IMG/VR virus record: IMGVR_UViG_3300029566_000004
From: a virus
Length of the DNA: 64,000 nt
Direction: 5' to 3' (one strand)
Part shown: piece after piece, positions 1-9,145 of the stretch
How positions within the stretch are numbered: the first letter of the stretch is position 1
Layout of the letters: every line of letters starts with the position of its first letter
Made by a program: the position numbers and the translations under genes
The notes under the pieces: generated by a model
Seen by the model: only the letters and a program-made list of their open reading frames with translations
The model's database searches: none
Told to the model about the DNA's origin: nothing

Positions 1-305
1 ATAGTTTTACCTTTCGTACGTTTTACGGCCGCCGCCCGATTCGGTTCGGTTTCCCTTACCGTGACTATAGTATAACACATTTGAACCGGCATTGCAAGTG
101 TTTTTGCACGGAAAACAAAATATATTTTTTTTATTAATCTACGTCATAATATACGATTCAACTTGACTGCTAACAATATATAATATATTATTTTTTTGCT
201 CCAAGTTAAGCTGAAAACAATATACAATATTATATATTACTGTGTTGCTTTAATAATATATTATATCTTTGGTATTTTACTCGTTTTGGGAAAAATATAA
301 TATAT
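1..305. repeat. Direct repeat copy A: minus-strand promoter, GC-rich leader and upstream AT-rich palindrome array. Near-identical to 648-948.
   Basis: By-eye alignment of 1-305 with 648-948 shows only scattered substitutions. The copy begins at the window edge, just after where a start codon would lie. Confidence 0.85.
69..97 (-). promoter_or_regulatory. Sigma-70/SigA-type promoter firing leftward out of the window
   Basis: On the minus strand, TTGCAA (97..92), a 17-nt spacer, then TGtTATACT with the -10 at 74..69. It is an identical copy of the promoter at 715-743. Confidence 0.6.
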
Positions 306-404
306 TATATATTTTCCCATGGCTCTTGGATTTTTTTAGATAATATATTATATATAAAATTTCGGATATATTACATATTATATCGTATATCACGGAAATG
401 CAAT

Positions 405-428
405 AAAAAAGGGCTTTCGCCCTTTTAT
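405..428 (-). terminator. Rho-independent terminator after the small minus-strand gene
   Basis: AAAAGGGC-gaaa-GCCC followed by TTTTTT on the minus strand, about 40 nt downstream of the TAA at 465-467. Confidence 0.65.
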
Positions 429-464
429 TAGTCTTTGTAAGTCTTACCTTATTTCTTTCTTTTT

Positions 465-647
465 TTATTCAAGAACAGGAAACTCTTCATGAGATTCTAC
501 AATGATTCGGAGAACTTTGTCATTATCTTTAGTATCTTTCCAACGTTCACAAAGATCCGCAAACCAAATAACGGAAGGATGTTCAAATCCATAAATTTTA
601 ATCATGCGATCAATCAGATTCTTTCTCATAGTGTTCATAGTATTCAT
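465..647 (-). CDS. Small hypothetical protein (60 aa), putative early gene
   Basis: Intact ORF with no TAG. It is preceded by the promoter at 715-743, a ~60-nt leader and an AAAGG RBS, and followed by a terminator. Confidence 0.6.
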   Translation of the reverse strand: MNTMNTMRKNLIDRMIKIYGFEHPSVIWFADLCERWKDTKDNDKVLRIIVESHEEFPVLE

Positions 648-948
648 AGCTTTTACCTTTCGTACGTTTTACGGCCGCCGCCCGATTCGGTTCGGTTTCC
701 CTTACCGTGACTATAGTATAACACATTTAAACCGGCATTGCAAGCGTTTTTGTGTGAAAGAAAAAATATATTTTTTTTATTAATCTACGTCATAATGTAT
801 AACTCAATTTGATTGCTAACAATATATAATATATTATTTTTTTGCTCCAAACTAAGTTAGAAATAATATATTATATTATATATTGCGGCTGCTTCAATAA
901 TATATTATATCTTTAGTGTTTTACTTGTTTTGGGAAAAATATATTATT
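648..948. repeat. Direct repeat copy B (promoter, leader and AT-palindrome array)
   Basis: See copy A. This copy directly abuts the ATG at 647..645 of the 60-aa gene. Confidence 0.85.
715..743 (-). promoter_or_regulatory. Sigma-70/SigA-type promoter for the gene at 465-647
   Basis: On the minus strand, TTGCAA (743..738), a 17-nt spacer, then extended -10 TGtTATACT (720..715). Confidence 0.65.
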
Positions 949-1006
949 TTTTGCTTTTACGTCATACAAAACGTTTTTTTTACAATCGCCTGTATTAACC
1001 TAAACA

Positions 1007-1033
1007 AGGCGCGCTGCAGCCGATAGCGCGCCT
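1007..1033. other. GC-rich perfect hairpin (9-bp stem)
   Basis: AGGCGCGCT (1007-1015) and AGCGCGCCT (1025-1033) are reverse complements separated by a 9-nt loop, set in very AT-rich DNA. Confidence 0.6.
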
Positions 1034-1346
1034 GCGACCTATTACTTTTGTAATCATATTAATAAATATCTTTGGTATGATTATATTCTTAACACTAATG
1101 CCTTGTCTATTGGCTGTGTGTGTTTGTCTAATTGTTGTATTGACTTATTTCCTCACGCCCATATATTGATTGTTTGCTTTATATTTTTTGGGAGGGTGCA
1201 ATAGACCTATCTATATATCTCAGAAAAAAACTATAAACTACATAAAGCATTTTTTTCATATAAAAAAATGAAAGTAAAAATAGGGGGGTGGTATTTTGGG
1301 AAAAATTTTTATTTATTTTAATCAAAAGTTTTCGTCTGGCAACAAT

Positions 1347-1511
1347 CATCCCTAAATCAATTTTTGAATTAGAAAAACGAGCTATCCCCAAATGAATTTT
1401 AAATTCTAAAAACGAATCAGCCATCCCTAAGTGAATTTTTGAATTAAAAAAATGAGTTTATTCGGCAACAATCAAGTCGTCTCTAAATCAATTTTTGAAT
1501 TCTTTAAACCC
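1347..1511. repeat. Four degenerate ~37-bp tandem repeats, each with a TCAAtttTTGA-type inverted core
   Basis: Units start near 1347, 1384, 1422 and 1474. Consensus is ATCCCTAAATCAATTTTTGAATTAGAAAAACGA. GGCAACAATCA also occurs twice (1339 and 1464). The last unit ends 3 nt before a -35 box. Confidence 0.75.
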
Positions 1512-1514
1512 AAC

Positions 1515-1543
1515 TTGCCTTCCGCAAAAATTTTTCGTATAAT
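1515..1543 (+). promoter_or_regulatory. Sigma-70/SigA-type promoter for the rightward operon
   Basis: TTGCCT (1515-1520), a 17-nt spacer, then TATAAT (1538-1543). A GGAGGTGAT RBS and the ATG at 1569 follow. Confidence 0.7.
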
Positions 1544-1568
1544 AGTAGTACGGAGGTGATTTAAAGAA

Positions 1569-2669
1569 ATGGCTACATTAAAATTAGATTATTCTTTAGA
1601 AACTCCAGAAGAACGTAAAGCATTAGTTGAACAAATTTTGTAGGGCAGCGACAGCGAAGACGTAGACAGAAACGGAGAATCAAACCTGTCGCCCGCTTAT
1701 CTTGAAATATTGGCCGACTACTTGGTTCTTTGTATGGAGAAACAAGAAAAAAAAGAACGTCGATTACTTACCGAAAATCGAATGGCCACAATCAATAAAC
1801 GTGAAACTTCTTTTGAAGGCCTATGCGCTTCTTTTGAAGATGGAGAAGATAGCGTTTATAATCTTATAACAAATGATAAAAATGTAATATTCCGTCCTAA
1901 AACTAAAATAACTAAAAAAGATTTAGAAGAAATTCCCGAATTGCGCGCAATACTCGATGCTATAAAATATTGGGAAGAAAAATTAAAAACAGCAACCGGA
2001 CGTGATGCTTATATAATTAAATCTACAATAATTGAATTGCGTAAAGACCAATATTTAATAAAAGCAGCTTTCCGCAAACCAGTAACATCAAATAATTTTG
2101 TGCCATCAGTATCTACCATTCCATTAAATGAAAAAATTGAAATTGATAAAGACTCAGGCTATGTAATTCCAGCCGGTGTCACTTTGATGGATCCAAAAGT
2201 CATTTCGGCAGTTCTCTGTAATTATTCTGCTTTAAAAGAATAGTGCTGGGGTTGTTTTAATAATGATTTATGGTATTTTTTAAAAGACTTTGACGAATGC
2301 GCCAATCGCGCACTTAAAGAGTATCCAATTTATGACCGTTTAGTTACACTTAAAGTCGATGGCAAATAGAATTAGGAAATTCAAAAAATACTTGAAGCTG
2401 AATTTAACATACATCATACAACTGAATATATTTCCACTCTTTGGCGTAATAAAATTCCTGGATTAATTGCATCTTAGGCTGAAGATGATTATCTTGATTG
2501 GTATTATCGAGAAGTTGAAAAAGGTCAATATAAGCGTTGCAGTCGATGTGGTCAAATTAAATTAGCTCATAATAAATATTTTTCTAAAAATAAAACTTCT
2601 CGAGATGGCTTCTACTCAATTTGCAAAAAATGTCGTAATAAAAAAACGCGCAAATCTGGACAAATTTAA
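1569..2669 (+). CDS. Hypothetical DNA-binding-type protein (366 aa): HTH-like segment plus C-terminal CxxC...CxxC zinc ribbon
   Basis: One frame runs from the ATG at 1569 to the TAA at 2667 if TAGs at 1641, 2241, 2367, 2373 and 2475 are sense. Strong RBS. The function call is motif-level only. Confidence 0.6.
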
Positions 2670-2718
2670 TTAAAGAAATACGCTTAAATTTAAAAACCTC
2701 ACAAGGGGGTGATATTCC

Positions 2719-3963
2719 ATGCAGCAACCTGAAAAAAGAAAAGTATATTACTGTGAAAAATGCGGTAAGGCCATGACAGGCGAGAATTTTTATACTTCTA
2801 ATAATCTTGAAAAATATCCTGATGATGGGAAGCTGTCACAATGTAAAAAATGTATTACAATGCATGTTGATAATTGGGATCCTAAAACATATCTTTGGAT
2901 ACTACAAGAATGCGATGTGCCATATGTGCCCGAAGAGTGGAATAAACTATTGTTAACATATGCGAAAGATCCAACTAAAGCAAAAGGATCTACTATATTG
3001 GGTCGTTATCTTTCAAAAATGAAATTAACTCAATATAGAAAATATCGTTGGCATGATACTGAATCCTTACGCGATGTTCAAAATCATCGTATTTAGGAAA
3101 CAATGGAGCGGCAAGGATACACACAATCACAAATTGATGAAACTATAAATAAAAGTACACTTGCACTTGACCCTGGTCTATTGGCGCCGCCACCTGAGAC
3201 GCAAATTCCACTTGATCTGCGCGCATAGCAACCAGAGAACGACTACTTCGCGCAACAAGCTGGTATTGATGAAGATGAATTTGCGGCGGATCTTACGGAA
3301 GAAGATAAGAAATATCTTTGCATGAAATGGGGTCGTGCCTATAAACCCAGTGAATGGGTTGCGCTTGAGCAATTGTATAACGATATGATGGAATCATATG
3401 ATATTCAATCCGCTGGTCATATTGATATTCTGAAGAAATGTTGTAAAACTTCTTTAAAAGCCGATTAGTTGCTTGATATTGGTGATGTTGAAGGCGCGCA
3501 AAAGATGGTGCGTATGTATGATATGCTGATGAAAGCAGGTAAATTTACTGCGGCGCAAAATAAAGGTGCGTCCGGTGATGCAGTTGATTCACTTGCGGAA
3601 TTGTTTGCAATGTGTGAAATGGATGGCTTTGTGCCTCGCTTCTATACCGATGGACCGCAAGATAAGGTCGACCGCACGTTACAAGATATGTAGCAATACG
3701 TTAAAACCCTTGTTACAGAAGAGCTTAATCTTGGTAATCTTATTGAAAATGCGGTTAAGCAAATTGAAATTGATAAAGCTAAAGAAGCTGAAACTGATGC
3801 TGATGCAGCCAATGATGAAGATTTGCTTGAGAATGAGATATTTGCGGAATCAGACAAAAATGGTATGACTGAAGAAGATATGAATGAATTTAATGATTGG
3901 CAAGATAAGCAAGATGAAGAAGCTCATGAGCTTCAAAAAAAACTTGAGGCAGGTGAATTATAA
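2719..3963 (+). CDS. Hypothetical protein (414 aa) with N-terminal zinc ribbon and acidic C-terminus. Sits where a small terminase subunit would be (inference).
   Basis: An AAGGGGGTGAT RBS precedes the ATG at 2719. The frame is open to the TAA at 3961 with TAGs at 3094, 3226, 3466 and 3691. The stop overlaps the terL ATG as TAATG. Confidence 0.55.
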
Positions 3964-4321
3964 TGGCACTCGCTGATTTAATGATATTATCCCAATCAAG
4001 AAAAAAAATAGGTATTTCTGAAGAACGCATAGCAGCAATTAAACCAGTAGCCCGCTAGTATTTGGCTTATTGGAGGGAATATCCCGATATGTTTGTGGAT
4101 TTTCTGCAAACAGGTAGAGATGGACAAATTCCTGAAAATGGATTGCGTTTTTACTTCTATTAGAGGGTATTCTTGCGTGCGGCTATGCGTTATAAGTATG
4201 TCTATATGACATTCCCGCGAGCATATTCTAAGTCTTTCCTTTCTGTTCTTGTTTTAATGTGTCGATGCGTTTTATATCCAAGATGTAAACTATTCGTTAC
4301 TTCTGGAGGCAAAGAGCAACT
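3963..4321 (+). CDS. terL: Terminase large subunit, exon 1
   Basis: N-terminal TerL-like sequence with the Walker-A-like PRAYSKSF and two in-frame TAGs. The frame collapses after ...SGGKEQ(L). The exact 3' end is 4319-4322. Confidence 0.75.
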
Positions 4322-5312
4322 TTACTTACTCTGCATTATTGTAAAATAGTGAAAAATAAATTTTTTGAATTGCTGGAACACCCTAAAGCCCTACACTACA
4401 ATAGTTTAGATAATTCTATAAACTATGAATGTGCTGAAAGGCGGAAAAAACGTAGGGATATGATATGCCGAAAGGCTAAGTTTTGATAATGGGCAATCAG
4501 CAGCTAAGCAAGGAGAATTAAAAATATGAGACGATTAACTTTAGAGGAATTTTAGTTAAACTTAAATAATATTCACCCAGAAGAAAAATTAAGAGCTTTA
4601 AACTATAATGGCGATAACAAAGAATGTGAAGTTTAGTGTATTACTTGTGGAACTATTTATAAGAAAAAGGCTGGATATTTTAAAGATAAACGAAAAATTA
4701 GTATTTGTAAAAAATGCTATCCTACATAGCCTAATGTTTTAAAAAAGGATTATATTCCTAGAGAAGGATATAGCTTAATCGGTAAATACACAGGTATGTA
4801 GAATAAAGTATTAATGAAGCATAATTTTTGTGGTTTTGTTTGGGAAGTAAAACCTAGTAATTTAGAAAATGGAAAAGGTTGCCCTAAGTGTAACCATAAA
4901 ATTTCTAAAGGTGAATAGAAAATAATTAAATGGTTAGAAAATAACCATATTAATTATACCCCCCAAAAGAAAATAGATATAGAGGGACATCATTTAAGTT
5001 GTGATTTTTATTTAGAAGATTATGATTTATATATAGAATATAATGGAGAATAGCATTATAATCCAATCGCTTTTTTTGGTGGAGAAGAAAAATTTAAAAA
5101 ATAGATTGAATATGATTGTTTAAAAAAAGATTTTTTAAAAGATAAATTATTAGTAATCTCATATTTAGATTTCGATAAAATCGAATCTATCCTTGAAAGT
5201 TCAACGACTATCTCGGAAGAGAGTACGCTATAAGTGTTTGATAGCGGAAGTGGAAAATTTCCTAACATAGGAAAATGATATAGTCTCAACTCTATGGAAA
5301 CATAGAGCAACG
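4322..5312 (+). mobile_element. Group I intron in terL carrying a homing-endonuclease ORF
   Basis: Stops in all frames on both sides of an internal ORF that has its own RBS. AATCAGCAGC (Q-like), ATGATATAGTCT (S-like, 5275-5286) and GAAA-tetraloop hairpins (CTCTATG-gaaa-CATAGAG) are present. Joining either 4321|5313 or 4322|5308 restores the TerL frame, so boundaries are good to about 5 nt. Confidence 0.75.
4526..5233 (+). CDS. Intron-encoded homing endonuclease candidate (235 aa): Zn-ribbon motifs plus a Vsr/DUF559-like PD-(D/E)XK core
   Basis: A GGAGAA RBS precedes the ATG at 4526. The frame is open to the TAA at 5231 with seven in-frame TAGs. The motif CDFYL...DLYIEYNGE-[TAG]-HY matches the D...IExDGxQH nuclease core. 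Confidence 0.65.
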
Positions 5313-6753
5313 AAAGTTGTATAATAAAGTAGCGTTTATTATAAAAGATAATGAGGCAGCTGGTATTATAAAAGAAAAGGTTAATGAAATATGTGCTTTA
5401 GTGCCAGCTTTTGAAAATGAACTTGATTTGCGACCAGGTAAAACTAGATAGAGTAAAGATTATTGTATATTTGTATTTAAAAATGGTTCATATTTTGATA
5501 ATATTGCGGCCAGGGAAACCAGTCGTGGTAAGCGCCGTCATGGCGGACTCATTGAAGAGTGCGTTGGTGTCGATGGTCAGATATTAAGTGAAGTAATAAT
5601 CCCTACAATGAATGTATCCCGACTGTGTATGGATGGTACAATGCATCCAGAAGAAACATTAAATAAGAGCTAGATATTCGTTACTACTGCTGGATGGAAG
5701 GGAACATTCGCATATGACAAGTTAATTCAGTTCTTGGTATGGATGTTAACTGAGCCAGATAAAGCTCTCATTATGGGCGGAACATGGCGCATTCCTGTAT
5801 TAGTTAAATTATTAGATAAAAACTTCTTATAGGACTTATAGCGAGATGGTACTTATAATGAAGCTTCATTCTCGCGTGAATATGAGTCCAAGTGGTCTGG
5901 AACAACAGAAAACGCATATTTTAATGGTGAATAGTTTGATAGAAATAGAATTTTAAAGCAGGCTGAGTACGAACATTCTGGACGCTCTTCTGTAAAAAGT
6001 TATTACATAGTTTCTGCAGATATTGGTCGTAAAGGATGTGCGTCTGTAGCTTGTGTGTTTAAAGTTATTCCATAGTCTGTTGGAAGCGCGTTTAAGTCTT
6101 TGGTTAATATTGAAACTAAAGAAGATGAGCATTTTGAAAATTAGGCAATTTGGTTAAAATCTTTATATTATAAATATAAAGCTCGTCGATTAGTTATTGA
6201 TGGCAACGGTGTTGGTTTTGGTTTAATTGATTATATGGTAAAATCTTAGATTAATCCGGATACTGGTGAAGTTTATCCAGACTTTGGTGTTTATGGTGGT
6301 ACTCAAGCTGATGCCGCCCAAGAGTTTAAGAAATATAGAACTGATCAATGCGAATAGGATGCTATCTATGTTCTTAAAGCGAATGCGCCTATTAATACTG
6401 AAATGCACGCGAATGCTTTAGTGCAGTTATCTTCTGGACGAGCTAAGTTTTTACAGGATGAACGTATTGCTAAAGCCAAATTAATGGGAACTAAAATTGG
6501 TTAGAAAATGACTCCAGAACAAAGGGCAGATTACTTAAGACCATTTACCTTAACTTCCATATTAAAGGAAGAGTTATTAAATCTTCGTGAAGAAAATGAG
6601 GGAATTAATATTATTCTTAAACAAGCTTCAAAAACGATTGGTAAAGATAAATTTTCAGCTTGGGAATATGGTTTATATTATATCCAACAAGAAGAGGAAA
6701 GAAAAAAGAAAAAAAAGAAATTCAATGCCAAAGAATGGCGTTTTTATGACTAA
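5313..6753 (+). CDS. terL: Terminase large subunit, exon 2
   Basis: Continuous frame to the TAA at 6751 with 10 in-frame TAGs. Contains TerL ATPase and nuclease-type motifs (GGLIEEC, VSADIGRKG, LVIDGNGVGFG). Exons 1 and 2 together give about 600 codons. Confidence 0.8.
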
Positions 6754-6803
6754 GTTTTTTTGGATAACTCCCAGTAATTGAATTAAATCTTTTTCATAAT
6801 TAT

Positions 6804-7128
6804 ATGAAAGAAGTAAGAAAAATAATGATTATTTATTTACATCGTAATGCAGTTAATGGGAAAGTATATATTGGTTAGACAAAAACTATATTAGCATAGC
6901 GCAATCAACATGATAGCAATGACTATAAAGGTTGTGGTTCATTCTGGAATGCAATTGAAAGATATAGTTGGGATAAGTTTTCTTATACAATTTTAGAAAA
7001 TGCACAGAAATACTACACTTTGTCAAACAACTATTTCTAAAAATTGTAAAAATAAAGGCACTATTTCTGTGCATAAAGCTAATAAAAATTATACTTGGAT
7101 GTATTTAACAGATTATTTAAACTGTTAA
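6804..7128 (+). pseudogene. Degenerate, frameshifted GIY-YIG homing endonuclease
   Basis: Frame A (6804-7040) encodes the GIY-YIG N-terminal motif ...IYLHRNAVNGKVYIG-[TAG]-T... and stops early. The +1 frame (7000-7128) encodes a typical C-terminal DNA-binding tail (TTISKNC...YTWMYLTDY). The middle region is missing. Confidence 0.55.
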
Positions 7129-7142
7129 GAAAGGAGGACCAA

Positions 7143-7499
7143 ATGAGAGCTTCAAGAGGAGAAATTAAAATTGAAGAAATCTTACTTGCGGCCGGCCTTC
7201 ATTTTGAAGAGGAATATATCTTCCCAGACTTGAAGAGTCCTCGAGGAGTACCTTTACGTTTTGATTTTGTGATATTTGATGATGATGGCGTAATTGATTT
7301 TATTATTGAATATCAAGGAAAACAACATTATGAACCTTCTGCCAAATTTGGCGGTAAAAAAGGATTTTATCAATAGTAGTATAATGATACTCAAAAACGT
7401 CGTTTTTGTGCATTACATGGATTTAAGTTAATAGAAATTCCATATACAGACGAAGACCTAATTGACTATGATTATATTATGAAAAGAGCTGGATATTAA
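7143..7499 (+). CDS. Small free-standing Vsr/DUF559-like nuclease (118 aa)
   Basis: An AAGGAGGA RBS precedes the ATG at 7143. The motif RFDFVIF...DFIIEYQGKQHY is present. A tandem TAG-TAG lies at 7374-7379, and the frame is then open to the TAA at 7497. Confidence 0.6.
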
Positions 7500-7514
7500 A
7501 AGGGGTGAAATAAG

Positions 7515-9134
7515 TTGGAATTCAGTAAACGACAATAGGAAATCCACGATAAAGGTTTTAATATGTTTGCAAATGGCGGAACTGATTACTCAAAAATTAA
7601 AGTTGGTGTAAAAGCTTTAGAAGATGCAAAAATTAATTTAGGCGCATATACTAAATCTACTGTTCCTCGCAACTATACGAATAAAGGATTAGTTATACAA
7701 GCCATGGCTAATCGTGACTATGAGACTTTGCGTGAAATCTCTAATCATTTTTATCGTATAAGTGGCATATATCGTCGTATATGTGATTACGTCGCCACAA
7801 TGTACCGTTATGATTGGTATGTTTTTCTAGAAGCAATAGGAATGGATGAAAAAGATTTAGATGAATCAAAAGCAATTAAAGAATTTGTTAAACTTTTAAA
7901 TTTTTTAGACAATTCACATATTAAGAAAGTTTGTAGTGATATTGCACTTTAGGTTATTAAAAATGGTTCTTTTTATGGGTATTGCGTTTGTACACCTAAA
8001 CGGTTTTATATTTAGGAATTGCCTTGTAAATATTGCCGCACTCGCTATTTTATTGGAGAAAGCCCTACTGTAGAATTTAACATGCGCTTTTTCGATGATA
8101 TGTTTCCTGATACGACATATCGTATGAAAATATTAAAACTTTTCCCTCAAGATTTCCAACTGGGCTATCGTTTATATAAACAAAATAAATTAAAGCCAGA
8201 TTATCCCGGCGATAATTCTGGTGCTTGGTATCTATTAGATCCAGATTGTGCTTTTAAATTTTGTTTTCACAATGACGATTTCCCACTATTTATTAATACA
8301 ATACCTGCGATTTTAGATTTAGATGCTGCTTAGGATTTAGATCGTCGCAAACAATTACAACAACTTTTAAAAATAATTGTATAGAAACTTCCACTGGATA
8401 AGAATAGTGATTTGGTATTTGATGTTGAAGAAGCCAGAGATATTCACAATAATGCAGTAGAGATGCTTTCTCGCGCAATTGGCGTTGATGTATTAACAAC
8501 TTTTGCTGATATTGAATCAATTGCGCTTAATGATAAAAATACCACTGCAACGCAAGATGACCTAGAAAAAGTGGAACGTACAGTTTATAATTCTTTTGGT
8601 ATTTCTAAAAATATGTTTAATACTGATGGTAATCTTTCATTAGAAAAGTCAATTCTTTCTGATGAGGCAATGATTCGTGATTTGCTTATTCAATTTGAAT
8701 ATTTTTTCGATGCTATTACTCAAAAAACAAAAACTACTGCGAAGAAATACAAATTTAAATTTTGTATGCTTGAAACAACTCAATATAATCATAAAGAAAT
8801 GTCGAAGTTGTATAAAGAGCATGTTCAATTAGGCTTTAATAAGATTTTACCTTAGATTGCGCTTGGGCATTCATAGAGCTCTATTCTTAATAATATTTTC
8901 TTTGAAAATAAAGTTTTACATTTGCAAGAGCTTATGATTCCACCTCTTATGTCTTCGACCATGAGTAGTCAAGATATTTTGGGCACACGTGGACAAAATA
9001 CTTAGAAGAAAACTCAATCTTCTACAGAAGCGCAAGAATAGTAGATTACTACTTAGCAATCGGCTGGTCGTCCTGAAAAGCCAGACGATTAGAAAAGCGC
9101 AAAAACTATTGCTAATAAAGAATCAATGAGTTAA
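7515..9134 (+). CDS. Portal protein (539 aa)
   Basis: An AAGGGGTGA RBS precedes a TTG start at 7515 (an alternative ATG lies at 7563). One frame runs to the TAA at 9132 with about 12 TAGs. Size and position after terL fit a portal. Confidence 0.7.
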
Positions 9135-9145
9135 GGAGGCTTATT

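Noticed and set aside
1179-1424. 81-aa minus-strand ORF from the track
   Set aside because: It lies in AT-rich repeat and intergenic DNA, overlaps the tandem repeats, and has no RBS.
1347-1511. CRISPR array
   Set aside because: The repeats are contiguous with no spacers, are degenerate, number only four, and sit on a promoter.
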